Below the pieces are notes generated by a model, which was not told where the DNA came from, did no database searches, and saw only the letters and a program-made list of their open reading frames with translations. Of a stretch of DNA of 64,000 bases, positions 28,343 through 36,839 are shown in pieces. The stretch spans positions 91,746 to 155,745 of the forward strand of contig JAZDJU010000037.1 of the NCBI GenBank assembly GCA_043803685.1. The letters run 5' to 3'. The DNA comes from Candidatus Omnitrophota bacterium (lineage in GTDB: Bacteria > Omnitrophota > Omnitrophia > Omnitrophales > Aquincolibacteriaceae). The position numbers and the translations under genes are program-made. Positions within the stretch are counted from its first letter, which is position 1, and every line of letters starts with the position of its first letter.

Positions 28343-29146
28343 TTATGCGTCGCGCGTTGCGCCACTACGGTACATCAACCCTGTGAAGAACACGGTCAGG
28401 CGTCTTGGACTCAGCCTCTCCGCGTAGATCATGAGCTTGTTCCAGAATCCGTAGATCGCTGAAGGCTGATTGGATCCCAAGAATTTTCTGAGCGCGAACC
28501 GCGCAACATCCGGCGCCGAAGCGCTGAAAAACATCCTCTGCCGGTCGATCCCGGCGCTCTGATGAAAACGGGTGATCGTGTTGCCTGGGCAAAGACAAAA
28601 AACGCGAACGCCGCTTCCTTTGCATTCCGCCCACAACGCTTCCGAAAAATTGAGCACGAACGCCTTCGTCGCGGCATAAACAGAAAGACAAGGAAGAGGC
28701 TGAAATCCCGCGGTCGAGGCTACGTTCAGAACACCGCCCTTTTTCCTTTCAAGCATTCCGGGAAGATAAAGCTTCGTCAGGTGCGTCAGCGCCTGGATAT
28801 TAAGATCCAGCATCGCGCTCACGTCCTCAGCTTTCATCTCATGGAAGGTGCCGTAATGGGCAAGGCCCGCGTTATTGATGAGAACGTCCACCGTGATGCC
28901 GCTCTTTTCCGTCCACGCGAAAAGTTCCAACCGTTCTTCCAGACGCGTCAGGTCCTCGGGAAAAACATAGACCGTCACACCGAAGCGAACCCTAAGATCT
29001 TCCGCTTCCTGTTCCAGCCGCTGGGCATTGCGCGAAACAAGGACGAGATCGGCGCCCTGCGCGGCCAACTCGCGCGCCAAGGCCTTGCCAATCCCAGAGG
29101 AAGCGCCGGTCACGAGCGCGGTGATGTTTTTGAAGGACTGTATCAT
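28343..29146 (-). CDS. Short-chain dehydrogenase/reductase (classical SDR)
   Basis: TGASSGIGKA cofactor motif, NNAG, and YAATK (YxxxK). Start set at MIQSFKN, 4 nt after the recR stop. Confidence 0.88.
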   Translation of the reverse strand: MIQSFKNITALVTGASSGIGKALARELAAQGADLVLVSRNAQRLEQEAEDLRVRFGVTVYVFPEDLTRLEERLELFAWTEKSGITVDVLINNAGLAHYGTFHEMKAEDVSAMLDLNIQALTHLTKLYLPGMLERKKGGVLNVASTAGFQPLPCLSVYAATKAFVLNFSEALWAECKGSGVRVFCLCPGNTITRFHQSAGIDRQRMFFSASAPDVARFALRKFLGSNQPSAIYGFWNKLMIYAERLSPRRLTVFFTGLMYRSGATRDA

Positions 29147-29150
29147 GGGT

Positions 29151-29753
29151 TTAATGAAAATCATGCCGACCGGCGAAGGCGCGGGAAAGAGTGGCCTGGT
29201 CCGTGTATTCGATATGACTGCCGACCGAAATGCCTCGGGCAAGACGCGTCACCTTCACTTTGGAAGGCGCCAGGACCTTCGCAAGATAGAGCGCGGTCGT
29301 ATCGCCTTCGGTGTTGGGATTGGTCGCGAGAATGATCTCCCGGACCTTTTTTTGTTTCACACGTTCAAGCAGGTCCTGAATGCAGATCTGATCCGGACCG
29401 ATCCCGTCGAGCGGCGACAGGGCGCCAAGGAGGACATGATAGACGCCGCGATGGCTCCCTGTTTTTTCGATCGCGACGACATCCTTGGGATCCTCGACCA
29501 CGCAAATGAGCCCCTGCTCACGCCCCGGGTCCGAACAGATGTGGCAAAGTTTCTGGTCCGAAAAGTTATGGCAAACACTGCAGAAAACAACGCTTTCGCG
29601 AAGCTGGCGGATGAGCTCCCCGAGATTCAGGGCCTCTTCCTTCTTTGTTTTGAGGAGATAAAAAACCATGCGCTCGGCCGAGCGTTTCCCTATGCCGGGA
29701 AGTTTGGAAAGCGCCTCGACCAGCTTTGTCATTAATTCCGAGTAGGCTTTCAT
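29151..29753 (-). CDS. recR: Recombination protein RecR
   Basis: HhH LPGIGKRSAERM, Cys4 finger CSVCHNFSDQKLCHIC, Toprim domain. Confidence 0.95.
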   Translation of the reverse strand: MKAYSELMTKLVEALSKLPGIGKRSAERMVFYLLKTKKEEALNLGELIRQLRESVVFCSVCHNFSDQKLCHICSDPGREQGLICVVEDPKDVVAIEKTGSHRGVYHVLLGALSPLDGIGPDQICIQDLLERVKQKKVREIILATNPNTEGDTTALYLAKVLAPSKVKVTRLARGISVGSHIEYTDQATLSRAFAGRHDFH

Positions 29754-29772
29754 GGCGGGGTCTCCGGACGCG

Positions 29773-31449
29773 TCAGTCCTTGCGGATCACTTTGGAGCCG
29801 TCAAAAATCTCCAGGGCTTTCGCGACGATGTCCGGGACACTCCCATCCTGGGCTGGCGCCACTTCGGCGTCAGCATCCTGGGTCGTTCCTTCACGTTCCG
29901 TCACGACACATTGGACCCGGACTTTTTTGCCAAGCGCCTGCGCGAACGCGTCCTCGATCACCTGCTTGTTCGATTCTTTCTCGAGCGTTTCTTTATGAAA
30001 GCGGAACTCCGAAGGAAGTCCAAGCACAATCACGGAACCCTCCACCTCCGCGGGCTCGGCTTCGGAAAGATAAAGGCTGAGGGACATGCGCTTGGCTTTC
30101 ACAAACTCAATCACCTGGGGCCAAACTTTTTCTACGCTGTTGAGCGTGAGACCTTCTCCGGAAGGAGATGCGGCGCTTTCTTCGTGCGTATTCTGCTGCG
30201 GAACTTTCACGGAAAGGCTTGGAGAAGACGGGTTATCGGCCTTTTTAAAGTTCTCGACTGGTTTTACCGTTTTTTTTTCAACGACCGGAACTGGGGCTGC
30301 AGAACTTTCTTTTCTCACCGAAGACGCGCTCTGAATGAGACCTTCCACAGGTCTTAGTTCATCCACATAGACAAGCTTAAGAAGCGCCGCTTCCACAAGA
30401 AGTTTGGCCCGGGCCACGGGCCTGCGCAGCTGGACCTGCAGGTTCTGCAAGATCGAAAGAGCTAAAAGCAGTTCCCCTTGAGAAAAATCAGCTGAGAGTT
30501 TCCGCAACTTCGCGACCGTTTCAGAGCTCGCTTCAATAAGTGACTCAGCCTTCGGTGCGGTCTTGAGGACCAGAAGATGCCGGAAGGTCTCAAACAAACC
30601 CTTGGCGAATTGAGCAAGATCGGCGCCTTCCTCATAAAGTTTTTTTACCAACCCGAAGATCTCGTCCCCTTTTTTCCCGCGAATAGCAGCAAGCACCGAG
30701 ACATACATCTCTTCCGGCGCAAGCCCGAGAAGCGTCAGGACGTCCTCCTCCTTGATCTTTCCCTCGGAAAAACTGGCCAGCTGGTCCAAAAGACTTTCCG
30801 CGTCACGGAGCGCGCCTTCCGCCGCCTTCGCGATCATGAAAAGCGCGTTCTTCTCGCATTTCAATTTTTCTTTCTGCGCGATCGCATCAAGTTTTTCGAC
30901 CGTTTCAGGGACCGAGATCCTTTTGAACTGAAGCCTTTGGCAACGCGAGAGGATCGTGAGCGGCACCTTGTGAGACTCGGTGGTGGCAAAAATGAATTTT
31001 ACGTGAGACGGCGGTTCTTCGAGTGTTTTCAGGAGCGCGTTGAAAGCATCCCCGGTCAGAGAGTGGACTTCGTCGATAATGTAAACCTTGTAGCGGCCCG
31101 CCGACGGCTTGAACTTCACGTTCTCGCGAAGCGTCCGGATCTCCTCAATGCCACGATTCGACGCCCCGTCGACCTCCAACACATCCATGGAATTCCCCTG
31201 CTCGATCTCTTTGCAGGAGATGCATTTGCCACAAGGTTTTTCCGTGGGGCCTTCCTTGCAGTTCAAGGCTTTGGCGAGAATACGCGCTGTCGAGGTCTTT
31301 CCAACGCCGCGGGGGCCCGAGAAAAGAAAGCTTTGTGGAACGCGTTCCTGACGGATCGCGTTCTTGAGTGTCGTAGTGATCGTTTCCTGCCCCACGATCT
31401 CTTCGAACGTTTGCGGTCTGAATTTCCTTGCGAAGATCAGATATTCCAT
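29773..31449 (-). CDS. dnaX: DNA polymerase III subunits tau/gamma
   Basis: GPRGVGKTSTARILAKALNC Walker A, Zn module CGKCISC, DEVHSL, SRCQRL. 558 aa. Confidence 0.95.
   Translation of the reverse strand: MEYLIFARKFRPQTFEEIVGQETITTTLKNAIRQERVPQSFLFSGPRGVGKTSTARILAKALNCKEGPTEKPCGKCISCKEIEQGNSMDVLEVDGASNRGIEEIRTLRENVKFKPSAGRYKVYIIDEVHSLTGDAFNALLKTLEEPPSHVKFIFATTESHKVPLTILSRCQRLQFKRISVPETVEKLDAIAQKEKLKCEKNALFMIAKAAEGALRDAESLLDQLASFSEGKIKEEDVLTLLGLAPEEMYVSVLAAIRGKKGDEIFGLVKKLYEEGADLAQFAKGLFETFRHLLVLKTAPKAESLIEASSETVAKLRKLSADFSQGELLLALSILQNLQVQLRRPVARAKLLVEAALLKLVYVDELRPVEGLIQSASSVRKESSAAPVPVVEKKTVKPVENFKKADNPSSPSLSVKVPQQNTHEESAASPSGEGLTLNSVEKVWPQVIEFVKAKRMSLSLYLSEAEPAEVEGSVIVLGLPSEFRFHKETLEKESNKQVIEDAFAQALGKKVRVQCVVTEREGTTQDADAEVAPAQDGSVPDIVAKALEIFDGSKVIRKD
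30270..30278 (-). promoter_or_regulatory. A9 slippery run in dnaX (candidate gamma-producing frameshift or transcriptional slippage site)
   Basis: mRNA reads GTT GAA AAA AAA ACG GTA AAA at about codon 391. The +1 frame reads CGG TAA immediately. The -1 frame stops after 8 codons. Confidence 0.5.
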
Positions 31450-31571
31450 GATGGCTCTATAGGAGAAAAAAATCCGGTTTTTGGGGGTTGCGAGGCCCCA
31501 TGATGGGGGAAAAGGGGCGGGATTTCAAGTAGTACTTACCCCGGCCCGGGATCGGAGATCTTCCAGAGGAT

Positions 31572-32201
31572 CTAATCCTTGAATTTGAACGTCCTAAGGA
31601 CCATCTCGAAAGCGGCGGCATGGTCCTTCCATGGCTCAGCAAGCGAATGGAGGGAGAACCGGTAGAGCTTGTCTTTCCTTGCGAGGAAGAGCGTCTGCTG
31701 TTTGATCATGACCGGCTTTGCTTTCAGGTCTTCCATCGGAAGCCGCGCCTCAGATTCATGGATCGCGGAAAAAGCCTTTTCTCCCCCAAGGTCGACTTCT
31801 CTTTGATTTAAAACCTTGAATTTAGGCCGATTGCCAGCTCTTTTCAAAAAAGCTCCGAGCAGCTCCGCAGGCCCTCCCGTGGCGGGGAGTGGCTTCACCA
31901 CGATCTCGATCAGGGTTCTGAACCGTGTGGACTCATCCACGGATCCTCTCAAATAGAGAGCGTCATATTTTTCCGTCCTTCCCTGGGATTCGTCGAGAGA
32001 CCAACCTGCAATGGGATATTCGAATGTAAAATTGAACGCTGGATTTCCACCGGAGAAAACCGTGCTTTTTCGCATATCCCCGCCTTCCGCTAAAGGATGG
32101 TTACAAAATAAATACCCGGCAACCCCTGCCATTATAAAAAGACTGACGACCCAAAAAATGCTTTTTTCTCTAGAGGCCATGATCTTTTTCCATTCCAGCA
32201 C
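31572..32201 (-). CDS. Hypothetical exported/membrane-anchored protein
   Basis: 209 aa ORF with one N-terminal hydrophobic helix. No family recognised. Confidence 0.55.
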   Translation of the reverse strand: MLEWKKIMASREKSIFWVVSLFIMAGVAGYLFCNHPLAEGGDMRKSTVFSGGNPAFNFTFEYPIAGWSLDESQGRTEKYDALYLRGSVDESTRFRTLIEIVVKPLPATGGPAELLGAFLKRAGNRPKFKVLNQREVDLGGEKAFSAIHESEARLPMEDLKAKPVMIKQQTLFLARKDKLYRFSLHSLAEPWKDHAAAFEMVLRTFKFKD

Positions 32202-32271
32202 TGTTCTCCATTAAGTTTTAGGGGTTAACAGTACCGTACCGCATACCCCTAATTTCAAATTTCATGCGGTA

Positions 32272-33453
32272 CTAGTATTCGTTGTCGAAACTGTAACCAT
32301 ATTCAGAGGTAAGATACCCCTTCGCTTCATCTTCCGGAACCCCGACAAAATACTGCTCATCGGCCTCCAACTGCAGATAAAGGTCATCATCGTCCTGGAC
32401 GAGATCCCCAAATTCCGCTTTCAGATCGACCCAGATCTCACCACCCGCCAGCTTGGTATTATACTCCTGGTCCTCGGAATAAGAGTTCCTTATCCCTCCT
32501 CCCGGGATCGGCATGCCAATGACCGGTTCATCTTGCGTGTGCAGATAGAAATAATCCGCGTAATCCTTCCACCAAACCGCGTGCAGGGCCTCGTGACCCA
32601 GGATCGCCGCGGCCGCGTACTTGTTCCCTTTGTAAGTGTCCAGAAGATAGATCGCGCTGGTTCCATCGTCGTAAGACTCGTGACAACCAAGCGCCGTTTC
32701 GCATCCGACGGGCATGCCTCCCGCGGCAACGAAGGTGACCGGGATTTCATTGTCCTCAATAAACTGCGCCAGAGCTTTTCCAGTGGTCGCCCCGTCCGAA
32801 GTCAACGCCGCCTCTGATAATTGCAACATATCAATGACCGCTTGTTCATCCTCTGCATATCCCGTAAAGGCCGCTTTGCTGGCACTATCCTGAACGGCCG
32901 TAACGTCCGATGCCACCACCCTACCCCCGCCACCGCCACCGCTACTTCCGCTACTCCCCCCAGAACCACTGCCGGAGCCACCGCCAGAACCGCCGCCTCC
33001 CGAACCACCTCCTCCTCCGCCGCCACCACCGCCGGAACCACTGCCTCCTGAACCATCACTATAACCGGATCCCACAAAACCGTCTTTATTGATCGCGAGA
33101 TTCTCGAGCCAATTTTCCAGAAACCCAAGCGGGGTCGCGACCGCGAGAAAATTATCCTCGCCCTCTTCAAGGATCTTGTAGCTATAAAATAATCCCTTGA
33201 TCGAAAGACCGAGTACGGATTCGATCTCTGCCACATCTTCCGCCGCAACAAATTTTCCGGTCAAATTATGGCGAAGCACTTCGGCGGAACGAATGGCTCC
33301 GAGATTGGTGACCGCTTCAGCTTCTTTGGATTTTTCGAACTTTGTGAGAATGCGTGGAGTCACGATGGCGGCAAGCGACGCGATGATCGTGATCGCAATC
33401 AAGGCTTCAAGGAGCGTAAATCCTCGGGATTTATTGAGGGGCCGTTTTGTCAT
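32272..33453 (-). CDS. Prepilin-type N-terminal cleavage/methylation domain protein with Gly/Ser linker and HEXXH C-terminal domain
   Basis: KSRGFTLLEALIAITIIASLAAIV (G|FTLLE prepilin signature), about 45 aa of G/S, then ILGHEALHAV. Start set at MTKRP; alternatives lie upstream to 33528. Confidence 0.8.
   Translation of the reverse strand: MTKRPLNKSRGFTLLEALIAITIIASLAAIVTPRILTKFEKSKEAEAVTNLGAIRSAEVLRHNLTGKFVAAEDVAEIESVLGLSIKGLFYSYKILEEGEDNFLAVATPLGFLENWLENLAINKDGFVGSGYSDGSGGSGSGGGGGGGGGGSGGGGSGGGSGSGSGGSSGSSGGGGGGRVVASDVTAVQDSASKAAFTGYAEDEQAVIDMLQLSEAALTSDGATTGKALAQFIEDNEIPVTFVAAGGMPVGCETALGCHESYDDGTSAIYLLDTYKGNKYAAAAILGHEALHAVWWKDYADYFYLHTQDEPVIGMPIPGGGIRNSYSEDQEYNTKLAGGEIWVDLKAEFGDLVQDDDDLYLQLEADEQYFVGVPEDEAKGYLTSEYGYSFDNEY
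32915..33065. repeat. Low-complexity GGN/AGC codon tract encoding the Gly/Ser linker
   Basis: Runs of ccgcc/ccacc on the + strand. Confidence 0.85.
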
Positions 33454-34798
33454 TCTGGTTCCCTTGCATTTCATTCTCCAACAACTTTTTATTGCGGAGC
33501 GCCGGCTCAAGTTTGGGATCCAACTCAAGTGCGCGGTTCCATTCCATTAAGGCGTTATCGGCATCGTTCATCAAAGCATAAGCCAACCCGGCATTCGTGT
33601 GCGTTTTCGCGTCCAGGTCGTTGCGGGCAAGGATCTTCCGGAACACCTCCAGAGCGGTCTTCGGTTGGTCCATCTTCAGGTAAACCATTCCAAGACTGCT
33701 GAGAACAGCCGGATCGTCGGGTTTTTTTTCCGCCAATCGTCCGTACTGGGTGATCGCTTTCTGGAATTCCCCTCGCTCGGTAAAGACCTTTGCCAGGCCC
33801 TGCATCGCCCCTACAGACGCGGGATCCTTCGCTAGGGCTTCATTAAAAACCGCCTCGGCCTTGTCAAGCTCCTTCACATCAAGGTAGAGTCTCCCAAGAC
33901 CGATCTTCACATTCGCAACATCAGGATCGCTCCTCAAAGCTTTCTCGTATAAATTTTCGGCACCGCTAAAGTCCTTTCTTAAGCGCGAGATCTCCGCCAT
34001 GAGAAGATAGGCCCGCGGGACCGGGAAAGGCTTTTCGAGCAGGCCTGCGAGAAGCGCGGAAGCCCGATCGATCTCGCCGGCCTGGACATAAGCGGCAGCC
34101 GCATTGGAAACAGCGACGTCATCGTTCCTCTTGCCAAGCTCCTCAAAAATTTCCCCGGCACCGGAATAATCCCCTAGCATATAAAGACAATACGCCAAAC
34201 TTCTTTTCGCTTTAAAATCATCCGGTTTCAGGGTCATTACTTTTTGATAATAGACCGATGCTTCCCTGTAGTTCTTCAAACCCTCATAAAAATGCGCGAG
34301 ATTCAAAAGAATATCGGGCTTGTTGGGATTTCCCTCGAGCGCTCTGAGAAAATTCTCCTCAGCCTTCTTGGCATCCCCCAGAGAAGCGTAAACACTCCCC
34401 AGATTGGCATAGATGATGGGATTGATGGCGCTAGGCCCCAGAGCGCTCTCAAAAGCACCCGCGGCGTCCTCGAACTGGCCGTTCCCGTAAAGCTTGACCC
34501 CCTTGGAAAAAGAGGCCTGCTTCCCCTGGGCTACAGCAAGCTCCTCGGGCGACCCGCGCCAGATCATCCGGATATCGCTCTTGGGGATCTTCACCTTGCC
34601 GCCCGGTGCCTGGACGGTTACGAACCGCTCATCTTCTTTAAGGATCGTCGTCTCAATCGCGTTGCCATTCTTGAGCTGAATGATCTCGGCGCGCAGGAAA
34701 ATCGGAAGAAAAAATAAAGCGGGGAAAAGAAATAAAACGAGGAGAAAAATCAACTTTGCCGTCTTCCGTTCCAAATTCAAAGCCTCCATCAGGGGCAT
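33431..34798 (-). CDS. TPR-repeat protein with N-terminal signal/anchor
   Basis: 455 aa. Hydrophobic N-terminus, then about 10 TPR-like 34-mers (A..YY..A..L.P motifs). Confidence 0.8.
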   Translation of the reverse strand: MPLMEALNLERKTAKLIFLLVLFLFPALFFLPIFLRAEIIQLKNGNAIETTILKEDERFVTVQAPGGKVKIPKSDIRMIWRGSPEELAVAQGKQASFSKGVKLYGNGQFEDAAGAFESALGPSAINPIIYANLGSVYASLGDAKKAEENFLRALEGNPNKPDILLNLAHFYEGLKNYREASVYYQKVMTLKPDDFKAKRSLAYCLYMLGDYSGAGEIFEELGKRNDDVAVSNAAAAYVQAGEIDRASALLAGLLEKPFPVPRAYLLMAEISRLRKDFSGAENLYEKALRSDPDVANVKIGLGRLYLDVKELDKAEAVFNEALAKDPASVGAMQGLAKVFTERGEFQKAITQYGRLAEKKPDDPAVLSSLGMVYLKMDQPKTALEVFRKILARNDLDAKTHTNAGLAYALMNDADNALMEWNRALELDPKLEPALRNKKLLENEMQGNQNDKTAPQ

Positions 34799-34906
34799 TT
34801 CATTTCGAAAGAATCGCCGCGCTTACTCAGATCGAAAATATGGCGGCGATCATCGTACGAGACCTTCCTTGGGTCTCGACGATGTCGTCGTTTTTCACAA
34901 GAAAAA

Positions 34907-34993
34907 CGGAGAGGATAGGATTCGAACCTATGAGGCCCTTGCGAGCCTAACGGTTTTCGAGACCGCCGCATTCGACCACTCTGCCACCTCTCC
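34907..34993 (-). tRNA. tRNA-Ser (anticodon CGA)
   Basis: Acceptor GGAGAGG/CCTCTCC, anticodon loop CTCGAAA, long variable arm, T arm ATAGG-TTCGAAT-CCTAT. Confidence 0.9.
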
Positions 34994-35154
34994 ATCAAAA
35001 AATGCATCGGAAAGGTGTGCTGCCCCAATTTCTGCTCGGCAGAAATTATTATGCATTGGGACTGCCACCTCTCCCCATAGAGTCATCCGACGCCCAGGAA
35101 ATCGGAGTCTATTGTTTTCCGCGTCTCAGGTCAAGGCGAGAGAGGGTTCGAACT

Positions 35155-36660
35155 TTATAGATGCTTGAGACCCTTGAGAGCAGACATGTTCTTTGGATTG
35201 ACCCTCAGGGATTGATCAAAAAATGATCGCGCTCTTGCCCTGTTCTTTCTATATAATTCCAACCAGCCCATTTGGGCAAGAGCTTCATCATTTTTCGGAT
35301 TGAACCGTATCGCATGCGACAATAACCCCTCAGCATCAACAAATCTCCCCTGTCTGGAATAAATAGCCGCAAGGCTAACAACGGCCTTCTGATCGCGGGG
35401 ATTTAACAGCAATTCTTTTTTATATTGATCAACCTTCAAAGCGCTCAAGAATGCCCTGACCTTCGGATTGTCAGGTTTCAAATCTAGCGTCTTTTGAAAA
35501 TATTCCTGGGCCTTGGACGAATTCCCCTGCTTGAAATGGAGCTCCCCAAGCGCGGCGCAAGCGTGGTCGTTTTTAGGATCCAATTCGAACGTCTTCTGGA
35601 AATACGCCTGAGCCTTCGACAAATTCCCCTGCTTCAAATAGAGATCCCCAAGCGCGGTGCTAGCATGATCGTTTTTAGGATTCAATTCGAGAGACTTCTG
35701 GAAATACTCCTCGGCCTTCGACGAATCCCCCTGCTTCAAATAGAGATCCCCAAGCACGGCGCTAGCATGATCGTTTTTAGGATTCAATTTGAACGTCTTC
35801 TGATAATATTCCTGAGCCTTCGACAGATCCCCCTGCTTCAAATAGAGATTCGCAAGCGCAACGCAAGCATTATAGTTTTCCGGATTCAACTCGAACGCCT
35901 TCTGAAAATATTCCTGAGCCTTGGGCGAATCCCCCTGCCGCGAATAGAGATCCCCAAGCACGCTGCAAGCCCTATCATTCTGAGGATTCACATCTAAGGC
36001 CTTCGTTAAATATTCCCGAGCCCTGGACAAATCTCCTTGCTGAAAAAAGAAAGCCCCGAGCACAAGGCAAACGTAGTCATCGTTAGGATTCAAATCAACA
36101 GCCTTCTGAAAATATTCCTGGGCCTTGGACGAATCTCCTCGCCGCGAATAGAGATTCGCAAGCGCAACGCAAGCATTAGCGTTTTTGGGATTCAACTCGA
36201 ACGCCTTCTGAAAATATTCCTGAGCCTTGGACGAATCCCTCCCGAAATAGAGATCCCCAAGCACAACGCAAACCTTATCGTTTTTAGGATTCAACTCGAG
36301 AGCCTTCTGGAAATACGCCTGAGCCTTGGACGAATCCCCCCGCCCCAAATAGAGTTCCCCAAGTACAAAAAAAGCAGCATCATTTCGGGGGGACAATTCG
36401 ACTGCTTTCAAAAAAGCTTCTTCGGCCTGTTGGAATTTATTCGCCTCCTTATAAAATATCCCGAGATCGACGTAGCCTTTCCCGTTAGCGGGATCCTTGT
36501 CTATGCTCTTTTTAATTTCGCTCTCCATCAGATCATAGTCCGCTTGGGCATAGAGGGGCACGAAAGCAACCGCAAAAAAAACAACCATCATTGCCAGAAA
36601 CGCAACTCTCCCGCAGGACAATACCTCGCTAACCTTTAAACGTAATAGGATGTTCTTCAT
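35155..36660 (-). CDS. TPR-repeat protein made of near-identical tandem 34-aa units
   Basis: N-terminal anchor, then about 11 copies of GDSSKAQEYFQKAFELNPKND.AC..LGDLY... Confidence 0.85.
   Translation of the reverse strand: MKNILLRLKVSEVLSCGRVAFLAMMVVFFAVAFVPLYAQADYDLMESEIKKSIDKDPANGKGYVDLGIFYKEANKFQQAEEAFLKAVELSPRNDAAFFVLGELYLGRGDSSKAQAYFQKALELNPKNDKVCVVLGDLYFGRDSSKAQEYFQKAFELNPKNANACVALANLYSRRGDSSKAQEYFQKAVDLNPNDDYVCLVLGAFFFQQGDLSRAREYLTKALDVNPQNDRACSVLGDLYSRQGDSPKAQEYFQKAFELNPENYNACVALANLYLKQGDLSKAQEYYQKTFKLNPKNDHASAVLGDLYLKQGDSSKAEEYFQKSLELNPKNDHASTALGDLYLKQGNLSKAQAYFQKTFELDPKNDHACAALGELHFKQGNSSKAQEYFQKTLDLKPDNPKVRAFLSALKVDQYKKELLLNPRDQKAVVSLAAIYSRQGRFVDAEGLLSHAIRFNPKNDEALAQMGWLELYRKNRARARSFFDQSLRVNPKNMSALKGLKHL
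35460..36480. repeat. About 102 bp in-frame tandem repeats (TPR units)
   Basis: Recurring gaaaatattcctgagccttggacgaatc... blocks. Antisense ORFs show the same periodic peptide. Confidence 0.8.
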
Positions 36661-36839
36661 AGCCTCGGGTCTTCCTTAATTAGGTGAGCCCCCACTCCAG
36701 CACATCATGAACTCGCTCATCGCACGGACTTTTCTACGACTCCTTAATGGATTCCATGGTTTTTTCCTCTACGAGGAAACCCGTTAGCTCGTAAAAATGC
36801 ACCCTAAGTCCTCAAGAGAGGCCTTCGGGCTCAGAACGA

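Noticed and set aside
31450-31571. SRP RNA (ffs), which often sits upstream of dnaX
   Set aside because: I read the minus strand and found small GC hairpins. The conserved domain IV sequence (GGAAGCAGCC-type) is absent.
35062-35074. 13 nt direct repeat of the tRNA-Ser 5' end (ctgccacctctcc) as a possible att site for an island
   Set aside because: It duplicates the 5' end of the tRNA rather than the 3' end. It is short, and no integrase or mobility gene is present in the window. Chance or a decayed remnant cannot be distinguished.
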